From: Diplonema japonicum
Taxonomy: Eukaryota; Protista; Euglenozoa: Diplonemea
NCBI GenBank assembly: GCA_964019335.1
Contig: OZ025743.1
Coordinates: forward strand, 310,001 to 374,000
DNA length: 64,000 bases
Reading direction: 5' to 3'
In this document: positions 21,652-33,708 of the stretch, piece by piece
Position numbering within the stretch: the stretch's first letter is position 1
Layout of the letters: each line of letters opens with the position of its first letter
The notes under the pieces: generated by a model
What the model saw: only the letters and a program-made list of their open reading frames with translations
Database searches by the model: none
Told to the model about the DNA's origin: nothing
Position numbers and translations under genes: made by a program

Positions 21652-21920
21652 TTACGATTTACAGCAACCTTCCTTTTTGGCTGGGGCAGTCTGGGGAGCA
21701 CCTTCGTCGTCGTCAATTCTGACGATTCGCTTGCCAGTCTTGCTAGGGGTCCTGCTCGCTTTCGCTTTTCCCATCGGTGCTTGGCTCCCACGAGTAGCCA
21801 TCATGTCCTTGGTTAATGTAAGGAAACAGTCCGCAACACCCTTCCCACTTTTGGCAGAGGTGTAGATGTGGGTAGCATCGAGATCTTTACAATATTGCAA
21901 GACCATCGCTTCGTCGACCT

Positions 21921-21953
<33 letters not shown>

Positions 21954-22340
21954 CCACACCTGTCTTCGGCTTTGTAAGTCACACTTGTTGCCAGCAACAC
22001 AGATCTGGATGTCCTCACCAACCATTTTCCTCAACTCTCTCACCCACGTTTTTACTTTGTCAAATGTGTCAGCATCAGTGATATCATACACCAAAAGCGC
22101 ACCATTCGCATCTCTATAATAAATCGGTCCCAGTGCGCGGAACCTCTCCTGTCCTGCTGTATCCCAGATCGCGATATTGGCCACCTTATCGTCGACATGT
22201 ATTTTCTTGGAGGAGTACATATTCGCCTGAACCGTGCTCTTCTGCTTATCATCGAACTCATCCAACACGTACCTCCTCACAAGCGATGTCTTCCCCACAC
22301 GCCCTTCCCCTAGCAAGACGATTTTGAACTTATCCGCCAT
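21652..22340 (-). CDS. RAB21: Rab21-like small GTPase, two exons (intron 21919-21959)
   Basis: FKIVLLGEGRVGKTSL, WDTAGQERF.ALGPIYYRD, GNKCD; after removing a 41-nt GT-AG intron it continues VDEAMV...TSAK...GCCKS (prenylation CC). Confidence 0.9.
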
Positions 22341-22419
22341 TTTTTTTTTATTATAAATATATATATTTTTTTTTGTTGACCTCCTCCCTCCTCCCCTCCG
22401 CGCTTTCTTTTTTTTTTTC

Positions 22420-23268
22420 ATTTAATTTTGTAAAGTTACATGAGGAAATTCCTAAAGAGCCATAAAAATCAGAAATCACTTTACCGTTCACGAGTAAAAA
22501 TAAAGTGAAGAATAAAAAATCAGGTAATAGGCCGAAATTTGGCTTAAGAAAAGTGCTGTAAAAATCAGGTAAAATCTGATTTTTTACTCTGAGCAATTTT
22601 CGGGCTTTTTCGGTATTCGTCTTCATTTTTTGCATCTGGTGGCCGCTGACACCGCCATAGGTCAGTGGTCAGGACCCTTGGCCAGGGTTTCAGGGGTCGA
22701 GGGTTCAAACCCCGAGGGACCGTTTTTTTGACCCCGATTTTATCGAAAAAGTTCGGGGTCCAGGATTTGATCTGGCGTCTCCAGGAGACGAGTGCGGCGA
22801 CATAACCACTGGGCTACGGCATGTTGCGTTTTTACAAACGTCGCTCGACACATACATTAATCGCCTCGCAAAATATGAGACGAAACTCAACCAACCCAAA
22901 CCACAGTCAGGTATCTGAGGCAAAAAAAACAGTCAAGCATCCGAGACAAAAGAGGAGCAGCATCACACCTGAGGCTGGCAAATGCCGAAAATTACACTGG
23001 CCATGCATACAGGCGTTCTTTTGCACAATACCTTGTTGATGAAGGAAGTCAGACCTGATCAAGCCCCCGCACAAAACCAGCAGTTTCTGAAGAGCGATGA
23101 TCAAGTGCCGACACAAATTACACAAAACCTACAGAATTCTGTCAATTTGACATCGCCTTCTCAGGCAGTCAGGCTTAGTCTTGACATCAGTGTGAACATT
23201 TCGCAGAAGTGAACATCAAGGGTTCATAGTGTCCGAAATTTCCTCATTTAACTTTACAAAAATTAAAT
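22420..23268. mobile_element. ~850-bp non-autonomous TIR element
   Basis: ATTTAATTTTGTAAAGTTACATGAGGAAATT (22420-22450) is the near-perfect reverse complement of 23237-23268. The interior lacks the long homopolymer runs of the flanks and has no credible ORF. Confidence 0.65.
22651..22729 (+). ncRNA. Degenerate tRNA-like / Pol III promoter cassette (SINE-head-like)
   Basis: A-box-like TAGGTCAGTGG, D-stem GGTC/GACC, B-box GGTTCAAACCC, followed by a T7 run. The acceptor stem does not pair, so it is not a functional tRNA. Confidence 0.5.
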
Positions 23269-23585
23269 AAAATATCATATTAAATAAAAATCAGCCAGAT
23301 TTTTATTTAATAAATAGTTTTTTTTTTTTTTTTTTTTTTTTTTATACATATTTTATGGACGATAGGGGGAGAAAAAAAAAAAAAAAAGGTGGGGTCGGGG
23401 GGGAAAGGGTAATATTGGCCAGACTAACGTGGAAGAAGGAATGGAGAAGGGGGGGGGGGGGGGGGAAAGAAAAAATATAGGAAATACCGTCGCTGTAAAT
23501 TAGGTTTCCGGGTGTTTTAATTAACATTCCTAGCGTTGTAGGAAGAAGAAAGGTAAAAAAGAAGGGAATGCGAATCTAATTCCAG

Positions 23586-23881
23586 CCGAATCTTTTCAAC
23601 GTCAAGGTGACAAGTCGAACAAAGCTCCAAGTGTGCCATAAATCAAACGACATTGGAGTGGGTTCTAACCTGTGTGGCACCACCTCATCTTTTTCTTTTA
23701 TGTTACCCCTGTTTTGAAAGGGTCTGTTCGTTCCTGGATGACTGTCGCTCGCCGCATGGTTTGCCTTATTCCCGTCTCTCCGCCGAGCTCCGTCACCCTG
23801 ACACAGACTTTTACCTGAAATAACTCGCTTAAGGGGAGGTGTCGTTACGCACCTAGACCCGGACAAAGGTCTTGCTGCCCC
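23586..23881. repeat. Bipartite dispersed element, copy 2 (long interior)
   Basis: TCTTTTCAACGTCAAGGTGACAAGTC (23591-23616) and TAGACCCGGACAAAGGTCTTGCTGC (23854-23878). Confidence 0.6.
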
Positions 23882-24649
23882 TTAAAAAAGGAGAGGAAGA
23901 AAAGGAAAAGAATTCCATAGGTCAGACTGAAGAGGGAGGAGGGAGGGGGGGATATAAGGGATAGCAAGATAATCATGATAATCATGATAATTTTACTCAA
24001 AAAAAAAAAAGGGCACTGCCCGATTTCTCCTTTTCTCATCAAACTTATGAAGTCCTAAGTGCACCATTAAAGGCCCATACATGAGATCGGGGTGAATGTA
24101 GTGTATCAGGAACAGAGAAAGGGATGAGGCAACGAATGCATGGTGGTTCTTTTTTTTTTTTCTTAGATTATCGTATACATACTCCTTTTTTTTTTCTTTC
24201 ATTGAGAAAGGAAAAAAAAAAGGGAGGGGGGAAAGGTAAACTATAGGGACAAGGGGGAAACTCTGGATTGTAGACAGAACAACATCAATACTTTAAAGAA
24301 AGAAGAAGAAAAAAAAAGAGGTAAGGAAAGGCTTTTTTTTTTTTTCCGGCCGTCATATCCTTGCAGGCACAGCACTCTTTATTTCTTCTTTTTTTTCGCA
24401 AACTCACAAAACAATGGGGAAAATAAAATAGGGGGGGAAAGGAAGGAAGCTGAAAAGTTGGTTGTCAATCTTTTTCTTTTTTTTTTTTTTAAATTTTTTT
24501 TGTTCTTGTACTGTTTCTTTCTTTCGTTTCTTCTTTCTTTTGTATCAAGATTTTCTTTTTTTAAAAAAGGGAGGAATATAGAAAAAGTCCACAACTGCTG
24601 CTTCTCGTCTCGATAATTGGGGGGGAGGGAGGGGGAGGGGGGGAGGTTT

Positions 24650-24855
24650 TCAGATAATTTCCCAAGCACTGTCTTTATCAAACTCACAGTATCCTTGCCA
24701 TCGAGCCTTCGGGCTTTGCGCTCCATCCTTGCAGGATGCCATGCTCACCACAAGATGTCGCTGCCCCGTAGCACCACAGAACGGCCCAGACCTCACCGAC
24801 TTCCCACAATGCGCACAGTGGATAGTATTGTTTAAGATGAAGTAGCTGGCAGGGT

Positions 24856-24859
<4 letters not shown>
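24650..24859 (-). CDS. Small zinc-ribbon-like protein (69 aa)
   Basis: HCAHCG...PFCGATG..H motif. The ATG follows a long A-tract, as for bona fide neighbouring genes. Confidence 0.6.
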
Positions 24860-24895
<36 letters not shown>

Positions 24896-25105
24896 TTTCC
24901 CCCTTTGATTCCAATAGTTGTGACGAGAAGTACAAAAAAAAAAAAAAAAAAAAAAGAAAGAAAGAAAAAGAAAAAGAAAAAGAAAGAAAAACCATAATTA
25001 GCTAGAGAAAGAAGGAAAAAAAAAAAAAAGAAACTATTCTTTTAAGGTATGCGTTTTTGCGCTCACCGGCCGCACTGCGCTTAAAGAAAAAAAAAAAGGA
25101 AATCA

Positions 25106-25990
25106 TCACGCAGAACACATCCCTTCAATCTCAACCCTGAGCTTCGCCCCAGCAGAGTTACCCCGTGGGAGCGCAGTTAGAGCCTCCAACGCATCCTTGT
25201 ATCTCCCCAACTGTCTGCAGCAAACCGCTTTCCTATACAAAGACTTCTCATGCGAAGGGGTTAAAGACAGCGCTTCCTCCGCGGCAGCTAAGGCTTCACT
25301 GTACTGATTTGAGGAAACGAAGGCTTGGGACAGGTTAGAGGCAATGGTTGTGGCGAGATCCTTGACCTTCTGCCCCATGCTGGGGGACATTACGGGGATG
25401 GCTGAGATGCAAGATGCGACGCACGTCTGCGCAGAAAGGTATATTTTTATAGCCTCCTTCAGATTGCCTTTTTTCAATGCCTTATTGCCGTCCTCTTTCA
25501 AGGTATGAGACGTGTTGAAGCGGTATGCGGTGCGCTGTTTGAGGTCCTTTCCACGATCTTCAAGTTCCCTGTCTAGGTCGTATTCCTCTCTGTCCTTTTT
25601 GTAGTTCACACAGTCGACATTTATCACCTCCTTAGTCCCGCTTACCATAGACGGTGCTTCCTCTGGGTCGTGCATGTCCTCGTTCTCAAGGTTCAGTAGT
25701 TCTTTGTCTGCATCGAAGCTGTCCCACTCCTTGAAGGTCCTCGTTGTGGTTGCGGGTTTCGTGTTTGTTGTTATTTTTTCTTTTTTCTCTTGAACAGGTT
25801 CTTCCACCGCGTCATGGTAGCCCCAGTTTTTTCTTATCTGGCGGACCTCTTCTTCCGAACCTTTCAGGGCGTCAAGGGAGCTTTCTGTTACGTTGGTTCT
25901 CCTCAACCCCGTGGTGGTGGTGGTGGGGCCTTCGTCGTCGCTGCATTCTATTGAATCCCATTTGGAGTAGGCTGCTGAAAGGTTTGACAT
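25106..25990 (-). CDS. TPR-domain protein (co-chaperone-like)
   Basis: N-terminal YSKWDSIECSDDE (Cdc37-N-like) and three C-terminal TPRs (LKEDGNKALKKG..., SNLSQAF..., KSLYRKA...). Start placed at MSNL after the A-tract. Confidence 0.8.
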   Translation of the reverse strand: MSNLSAAYSKWDSIECSDDEGPTTTTTGLRRTNVTESSLDALKGSEEEVRQIRKNWGYHDAVEEPVQEKKEKITTNTKPATTTRTFKEWDSFDADKELLNLENEDMHDPEEAPSMVSGTKEVINVDCVNYKKDREEYDLDRELEDRGKDLKQRTAYRFNTSHTLKEDGNKALKKGNLKEAIKIYLSAQTCVASCISAIPVMSPSMGQKVKDLATTIASNLSQAFVSSNQYSEALAAAEEALSLTPSHEKSLYRKAVCCRQLGRYKDALEALTALPRGNSAGAKLRVEIEGMCSA

Positions 25991-26709
25991 CGTTTCTTTT
26001 TTTTTTTTTCCTTTTGTTTTTTTTTTCATTTTTTTCTTCCAGGTAACAGAGGGGGGGGGGGGGGGGGGGGGGAAGAGGAACGTAATTCTTCTTCTTTTTT
26101 ATTTCTCCACACTTTTTTTTGTTTTGTTTTTTTTTTTTCCTTCGAGCATCCTTTTAACTTAAAAAAGGTATGTAACTGGGGGGGGAGGGGAGGGGGGGAA
26201 ATATTGGGGGGGGAAAGGAGGGGTCGGTACAAGTGGGGGGGGGGGGGGGCAAAGGAATGTTTGTGCAAACACTCATTGGTGAGTGGGGGGGGGGGGGGGT
26301 GAGGGGGTTGCCTGCATATTTTGTAGGTTTCCGCAACGCTGTCCCACTTCCTTCTTGTGAAGGAAGAGACCCAGACCTTTCTCCCTCTCTCTCTCTTTCT
26401 TTTGCACGCGCTTGTGAGTGTGTTCTTTTTTTTTTTTTCTCGGATCTTTTTTTCTTCTTTTTTTTTTCGGGAAATCGCAGGAAGTGGTTTTGGGAGGGAA
26501 GAAGGGGGGGGAGCACAGTACATACAAATGGATAAAGGAATATAAAAAAGAAAAAAAGAAGAAAAAAATATGAGAATAGCGCTTTGTGGGGGGTGGTGGG
26601 GGTACGAGGGAACAACAACTGCATATAAAAAAAAATGAACCATTTATATAGTACAATCTCTCTGTCTCTCTCTTTTCTCTCTCTCTTTCCCCCCCGTCCC
26701 ACTTTCTCA

Positions 26710-27027
26710 TCAATTCGACAGTCGGCCTACAATATTACTTGTATTTAAAAAAAAAAAAAAATCGTCATACCCAAAGAATCGATGGTGGGTGCGGTGAACT
26801 CAGAAGACCTCCTCGGTGAAGGTGTGGCCGCAGATTGGAAGGCCACAGGGCGTGTGGGCCTGTTGTGTTTTTTTTTTTTTTTTCTTTTTTCTTTTTTTTT
26901 TTCCACCTTCCGAACACATACTTCCCCCCGTTTATCGCCACCCTGCCGTAGCCAAGCTGGAGAACCATTGAGCGGAACCTCATTTCATCGTTTAGAGGCT
27001 GTGACTGTGTGTGCAAACCGTGCAGCT

Positions 27028-27063
<36 letters not shown>

Positions 27064-29370
27064 CCATACCCCCTTCAGCTGTGCCTCAAGCACGCACATC
27101 CTGTTGTCTAGGAAAAGCTGCAACGCTTCATTACGCATCACGATGTCCTCCATGTCGGCAAGCCTTTGTTCCCTTTTCAAAGCCCGGTCCTCCCTGTCCT
27201 GCAGCGCCTTCGATTTATTCTGCTTCGAGTACACAAGCTCCTGTTTCATGTCTTCCCGCTCCTTCTGCCCGAGGTTCAGCTGGTCAGTTAAACGTTGCTT
27301 CTTACTTTTTTCAGTATCGATTCTCCTCACAGTGTCGCTGATGCGCGTCAGGGCTCGTTCCGCCTGGGATGTCTTAGAGCGTTCCATGCCTGAGATCCTG
27401 ATGCGGAGCTCGGAAACTTTCTCGATAAGCAAGTTGTTAGCAGACATGCATTCCTCGTTGTTCTTGCGAATGGCATCTGCTTCTGCTTGTCGTTCCTGCA
27501 CTCCGGTTGACATTTCCATTTCTTCTGCTTTTAGGCGAAAGTACTCTATCTGAGACTCCATGGCGCTTTGTCTTGCCTTTGCTGTTTCGTACTCCGTTGT
27601 TGCTGTGTGCAGCTGGTCTTCCATCTCTTTGGTTGCATCTGTGAGCTGTTTCACCTCCGCCTCGATTTCGTCCGTTGAGATTTTGTTTTTCCCTAAGACA
27701 AATGCTTTGTTGAAGGCGAGCGCGAATTTTTTTCTGTTGAGAAGTGTGACGTCGGTTTTCAGCTGTGCTTCCTTTTCAACAGACACGATTTTTGCTTCTT
27801 CCAGTTCTGCTTTAGCCCTCATCTGCTCTTCTAGTTTCATGTCTGCTAGCTTTTTGCTCACAGACACCTTTCGTTGCAGAGTCATGACGCGCTCCATTTC
27901 TTGTTCCGCCATTTTGTGTTCCTCGTCGACAATTGCCTTCTCGTCCTCGACACCGTCTAGGTCAATCATTTCTTTTTCGATCTCTTTTCTTTTAATCAGT
28001 GCGGCGGCGACGGACTCCCTTCTCACCTCCATCATCCGTTTCTCGTCCTCGGCCCTGTCCAAATGCTTCTGGAACTCTTCCTCCTTCCTTTGCAGCTCGT
28101 CCTTCATGTCCTCGTACTCTGCTGATTCCGGATCGTCGTCAATAAGCTGCTGTCGGAGGGCTGCGATCTCCGCTGCAAAATGCCCTACCTGCACCGTCGA
28201 TTTCTGCTCGTTCTTCCTCACCGTGTTGACAATGGATTTTGCCTTCATCGCGTACCGCAGTGTGTTGCAAGTGTCTTCTCTGTTCATTTCGGAGGGGGAG
28301 ATGGTTGCAAGCATCATGGTGTTGCTGTTCCCTCCCAGCGACTCTGACAGGATATACGTTAACAGTGAGTCTCTGTATGGAGGGATCACCTTGTTCTTCG
28401 ATGTTGAGTTCTGGATCAGAGCATCGATGACCCTGCGAAGGGTTGTCAGCGATAAGTTGATCCGCGTGGCCTCCACAAGCGTCGCACCTTGCGCGCCGGA
28501 AGCAGTGATACGTTCTGATCCTGCCAAGTCGACGATGTTGATGTGCGAGTACCTAGTGATCCCTTTTCCTGTGTTCGTTGCGGTGATGCACAGTTGGAAG
28601 ATGGCGTGGGATCTCGAACTGGTCGCGTTCATCTTTGTCTCCGCAGTGGCACGATGCTCCATCCCGAACTTCATGACCTTCTTCACCTTCTCTGCGGTGG
28701 TTACGCCTTGTTCCTTGCCGAGCCTCAAGAGGCCGTCTACGTACACACCGACGAGCTTTGACTGTCTCACCTTCAGATCCTTGTAGTCCTTGGCACCTTT
28801 GGGTGACGAGGGTTTCGCGGTGGATTTCCGTTTCTTGTCCTTCGGGCTGGATACACCGATCTCCACGAGCAAATCCTTGACTTTTTCGTTGTAGATTTCC
28901 ATGAAGGAGAGGGTGACCTCGTACTTCCACCCACGCCTGTTGGCTTTCTCCAGTTTTTCGAACAGCCTGTCTACAAGACGGGGTGCGATACCCGGGTCGT
29001 TGGGGGCTCCAAGCATGGTGTAGGTTTTACCGGAACCCGTCTGGCCGTAGGCGAAGATGCACGTGTGGTACCCTTCAAGAGCAGACTCGACTGCAGGGGC
29101 GCCCATTGCGTTGAACACCATTTCCTGATCGGCGAAGGGTTTGGAACAGATCTGCTTCTGCTTCTCGGGGATGCTCCAGAAGGTGGTGCCGTACACGAAG
29201 GAGTCCGCGATGCTGCCGTCCTCAGCCAGCACGTCGACCTTTGGCTGGTCCGGGTGCATGTACACGATGGACATCGGATAGTCGTCCTCTTTGCATTTCG
29301 CCCTTTCCCTCCCGTTGAAGGGCCTCACCCTCACCAGCACTCGCACCGCCTCATTGTGTTCTTCAGGCAT
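26710..29370 (-). CDS. Kinesin motor protein (kinesin-3-like head) with coiled-coil tail and 2-3 short 3' introns
   Basis: VRVRPFN, FAYGQTGSGKT, NATSSRSHA, VDLAGSE, PYRDSLLT. Introns 27026-27069, 26860-26921 (alternative donor at 26906) and probably 26727-26770. The 3' end is inferred. Confidence 0.85.
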
Positions 29371-29569
29371 CTTCCTTTTTTTTTCTCGCTTGTTTTTTTA
29401 GTCAGTATAAAATAAAAAAAAAACTTTTTTCTCCTCCTCCTCCCTCCCAACTTTTCTCCTAGATGATTGTGTTTGTCTTCTCAAAACGAAAAAAGAAAAT
29501 AACATTTCTACAACAGTATGCTTAATCTAAACATCTAAAAGTGTGTGTGTGTGTGTGTGTGTGTGTGCT

Positions 29570-32500
29570 CTAGGCATTCGGATGTATGTCCCCCGTGCTC
29601 ACATCTGTGGAGAACCCGTACGCCTTCCTGACAAGGTTCGCCATGGAGTTGGGGTTGTAGGAGGGGAAGGGCGATCCTTGTGAAGGGTCGCCCAGCGTGG
29701 ACTGCTTGGTCCCCTCTGGTCCGGAACTTTGAAAGAGCTTCGAGGAGGGGTGCCTTGCGGGGTTGGTGGGCTTGTCGTTAGGAGGGGTCACCTGCGGGGG
29801 GTCCGCCCTTGTGATCCCCAGTTCCGACTCCACTTCGTGCAGCCTCTCCGACGCCAGCTTCAGGATGCCTCCCGCGATAGGAGAGGGCAGGTCCAGGGCG
29901 GTGTCGGGGTTGGCCACCTTCTGCATCGCGCCCTTCTTCTGTGCCAGCGTGTCGTCGAGCACCTGCCTGTGCAGTGCGTTGATCTCCTGCATTAAAATAT
30001 CGTGCAGATGGGGGTCGGCAGTGTTCTCAGCGGTGGACTCTAAATTGTCGAGCTTTCTCTTCATGTTGTCGATGTAGTTGACAAGAGAGTCGAGCTCCTG
30101 GTTCATGGTGTCCTGCGTGTGTGGGTTGGAGGACACCACCCCTGAGCTCGGCTTTCCTGTGAGGATGCCTGGCAGTGTCTTGGGGTGCAGTGCGGGGTCT
30201 GTGGTGCTCCCAGTACCTATCTTGCTGTTGCCGGCTCTGTTGGAGATCTCCCCCTCGCCTGACTCGGAGGGGTCGGCTTCACGAAGCTTGTCGTTCTCCT
30301 CCTGCAGCATGGTGTTCGCAGACGTCACCACAAGAAGCTTTTCCTTCAACTGCTCGATGGTGTCCGTCAGCACAACGTTGTTCCGCTGCAGCTCCGACTT
30401 GACGACCTGCTCGTGCTGCAGCTGTGCGTACAGCGTCATGTACGACTCCTTGTCATCGTTCTTGGGTGTGAGAAGCTGTTCCAGCTCTGCTTTTTGCTTG
30501 TTGATCACTTCCTTGAGGCCCTCAATCTCTTCTTTCATGCTGTCCATCTCCTTCTCCTTCTCCTTCTGCAAAGACTCGTGTGATGCCGTTGTGGTCTTGC
30601 CCCCGTCCTGCAGCGAGTCCAGCGTCGACTGTGTGTTCCGTATGGCGTTCTGTATCTTGACCTGCGTTGCTGATTTCGAGGGTGAGCCTTCTGACATGTC
30701 TTCTAAGTTCCTCTCCAGCTCTTTGATCCTTGCTTGGAAGGCTGCTCGTTCGTCGGACCACTGCACCTGCATTGAATACATGTTAGGGCTTTCCGCTAGC
30801 CGCTCCTTCAAGATCTCGTTGTCCTTCATGAGCCTCGCCAACTCATCCTCGAGCCCCTTGTTGGCGGCAGTGAGCCCTGCCAGCCGCCCGTTGACGTCGT
30901 GCAGCTTTCCTTCCACTTCACGCTTCTCCGCAGACAGGTCTTCCTTGGTGTGCTCGAGGAGGGTGATGTTCTCCAGCTGGTATTCCTTCGCCTTGCACGA
31001 CACTTCTGTCAGAAGGTCCCCCAGCCTGCGCACCTCTGTCGTGAGCATGTCCCTGTCCTCTCTCGCCTGTTGCAAGTCTTCTTCCATCCCGCGGGCTTTT
31101 TCAATTTCCTTTTCCAACCTGCTGATTGCATCCACGGCCTCCTTGTTCGCCAAGCGCAACGCTGATAGCTCCGTCGTGTCCGATAGGGCGTTCTGTAGGG
31201 ACTCCTCCAGCTGCATGATCCTGTGCTCCTTTGCTTCAAGTTGCACACGCATCGCTTCGTTCTGCGAGGCGAGCGCCACGATTTGTTTCCTGCCCTCCTC
31301 GGAGGTCATGGCTAGGTCGTTTTGCATTTGCCCGAGCTCTCTGTTGTGTCTGTGCTGCAGCTCGTTGAAGGCATCGCGTGCGTCACACGCCTCTAGCTTC
31401 ATCTGCTTAGCCTCCCTGTCGGCGTGGTGCAGCAGTTGTGAGAGTCGTGCGTTCTCCTCCCCCATCTCGGACAGGCCACGCTCTACAACATCGAAGTTCT
31501 CCCGTTCCCGTGTCTCCATGTCCTCACGGAGCGAGATGATAGTTTTGCGGTACGTCTCATTCTCCTCAACGAGGCCTGTGAGCTGCTGGTCCTTCCCATG
31601 GTCGTGCTTGTTCGGGTGGTACCAACACTGCATCTTGCCATCCGTGGAGCCCGTCCAGTATCTGTCGCCCGACCACTGCCCGGTTCCCACGCAGAGGGTC
31701 ACTCTTGTTGAAGAGGGCGCGGTGCCGAGACCGGTGCTCCTGTAAATGATGGAGAAGTCTGTGACGGAAAGGACGGTGATGGTGCCGTCCTTGGCGGTGG
31801 TGACGGCTTCCGAGGGCTTTGTGTGTAGGATCGACAGCACGGGTGAGGGGAAGCCATCCAAGATACGGACACAGACGTTCTTGACAGGATCCCACATACG
31901 GATGGTCTTGTCGTCTGCAGCCGACCACAGCATCCCGTTGAGAACGTTCAGCGTGAGGAGGGGCCCCGTGTGGCCACGCAGCATGGACAGCACTGTGTCG
32001 GTCTGCTGCGACCATGCCTTGATGACACCATCGTCGGAGCCTGAGAAGAGCTTGGGCGTGGATGTCTCGTTGAAGGCGAGCAGTGCTTTGACAGGCGAGG
32101 CGTGCCCGGTGAGCTGCCCGGTTTGTTTCAACGTCTGCGGGCAGTACTTATGTACCTTCCAATCTGTCCCTGAAGAGTACACGGAAGCAAGGCCAAGAGC
32201 GAGGGCGGTGGCTCCACCGGAGTGTCTTCCGAGTTCTTTGATGAGGTTGTGTGTGTTGAGATCAAAGATTCTGATGATGCCGTCGTTGAAGCCGATCCAC
32301 ATCTGGCACGGGCCTACTCGGATGATGGTGTTGGCGATGACCCCTTGGCGTTTCCACACAGTCGCTGTTTCCCTGCCGGTGACCGGGTCGCGGGTCGTCA
32401 CCTTGCCGTTCTTCTCCCCGCACCAGACCCCCGCGCCCTCTACCCAACAACAACTGCGCGTCTCGCCGCTGAACCCCCCTACTACAACAGGTGCTTCGCC

Positions 32501-32635
32501 CTCCCTCCCCCCCGTGCCGTACCCCATGCTGCTCACGGAGGCGGTAGATGTCTCATCCTTCCGCACCATGACGCGTTGCAGCCCCATTGCAGCCTCTTTG
32601 CTTGGCCCGCCACTCCTACTCATGTCCGTAGCCAT
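29570..32635 (-). CDS. WD40 repeat + coiled-coil protein
   Basis: 1021 aa. GH...SGSDDGVIKAW and GH...SAADDKTIRMWD repeats, then a long heptad-rich region. Confidence 0.85.
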   Translation of the reverse strand: MATDMSRSGGPSKEAAMGLQRVMVRKDETSTASVSSMGYGTGGREGEAPVVVGGFSGETRSCCWVEGAGVWCGEKNGKVTTRDPVTGRETATVWKRQGVIANTIIRVGPCQMWIGFNDGIIRIFDLNTHNLIKELGRHSGGATALALGLASVYSSGTDWKVHKYCPQTLKQTGQLTGHASPVKALLAFNETSTPKLFSGSDDGVIKAWSQQTDTVLSMLRGHTGPLLTLNVLNGMLWSAADDKTIRMWDPVKNVCVRILDGFPSPVLSILHTKPSEAVTTAKDGTITVLSVTDFSIIYRSTGLGTAPSSTRVTLCVGTGQWSGDRYWTGSTDGKMQCWYHPNKHDHGKDQQLTGLVEENETYRKTIISLREDMETRERENFDVVERGLSEMGEENARLSQLLHHADREAKQMKLEACDARDAFNELQHRHNRELGQMQNDLAMTSEEGRKQIVALASQNEAMRVQLEAKEHRIMQLEESLQNALSDTTELSALRLANKEAVDAISRLEKEIEKARGMEEDLQQAREDRDMLTTEVRRLGDLLTEVSCKAKEYQLENITLLEHTKEDLSAEKREVEGKLHDVNGRLAGLTAANKGLEDELARLMKDNEILKERLAESPNMYSMQVQWSDERAAFQARIKELERNLEDMSEGSPSKSATQVKIQNAIRNTQSTLDSLQDGGKTTTASHESLQKEKEKEMDSMKEEIEGLKEVINKQKAELEQLLTPKNDDKESYMTLYAQLQHEQVVKSELQRNNVVLTDTIEQLKEKLLVVTSANTMLQEENDKLREADPSESGEGEISNRAGNSKIGTGSTTDPALHPKTLPGILTGKPSSGVVSSNPHTQDTMNQELDSLVNYIDNMKRKLDNLESTAENTADPHLHDILMQEINALHRQVLDDTLAQKKGAMQKVANPDTALDLPSPIAGGILKLASERLHEVESELGITRADPPQVTPPNDKPTNPARHPSSKLFQSSGPEGTKQSTLGDPSQGSPFPSYNPNSMANLVRKAYGFSTDVSTGDIHPNA

Positions 32636-33708
32636 TTGTGTGGTACCTTAGTTTGTTAACGTTTTTTTTGGGGGGGGTGGGGGAGGGGGTTTTATTTTCT
32701 TGATTGGGCATATGGTGTGCAGACTGTGTCTAAAAAAAAAAAAAAAAAAAAAAAAAACGCAAAAGCCGCGGACGAGGTCCAACCTTCATGGGTAAAGGAG
32801 TTGGTATGGAGACCATAAAATGCTGGTGGGGAGAAGATGAAGTTGTCCCGTATTCCTTCGGCTTTTTCCTCACACAGACTTCATCCTAGAAGGGACAAAC
32901 GAGCATAAAGACGCTGAGATTGATAAAATTTATGCTGTATGGGTAAATTAATAAAATAACGCAACCCATAAAAAAAAAGGGGGGGGGCTTAAGAACTGTA
33001 CAGCACCCGTACAACAGGAAAGAGGAAGCGAGAGAGCCAGAGGGACTGCCACTGGCGATGGACACCACCCTACAGGGGGGTTGAAGAACCCTCGGAATGA
33101 ACGCAGATTTTCAAGTGTCTTCAAAACGGATCAAAAGAAAAAAAAAACCCCCTATTGCACAGGGTTAACACAGATTTTTTTTTTCGGGCGTAAAAAAAAG
33201 GGGGGGGAGGAAAGACACAAAGAAGGGACGAGCGCAGAGTAAGGGGGGGGGGGGGGGGGGGGAGAACGATACCCCAAAGAGATATTTCTATTTCTTTTTT
33301 ATCTTTCTTCCTTTTTTTCCCCCCTTCTTTTGTGTCTCACTATTCGGTGTATCCCCACCTCCCCTTTTCCCTCTCCATTCTCCATTTTTTTTTGTTGCTT
33401 GCAGATAAAACAAAAGAAGAAAATACGAACGAGGACTTACAAAAGTAAAAAAAAAAAATAAATAAAAAAATAACAAAAGAAAAAAAACACACACACAAAC
33501 CGGTAGGGGGGGGGGGGGGGGGAGGGCGTAGAGAAATTTTTTACTTCTTTTTAAAAAAAAGAAAAAGAAAAATTCTGATAATGTTCTCTCTCTGTCCGTC
33601 CTCCCCCTCCTTTTTTTTTTTCTTTCCATTCTCTCTCGAGAAAAAAAAAAGAAAAAAAAAGGAAAAAAAAAAGAGAAATAACTAAACTAGTAACTTTTCT
33701 CACTCCAT

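Noticed and set aside
21919-21959. Frameshift or assembly error explanation for split Rab21
   Set aside because: The segment has GT-AG ends and its removal precisely restores the Rab sequence; the same pattern recurs in other genes.
22651-22722. Functional tRNA gene
   Set aside because: The acceptor and anticodon stems do not pair.
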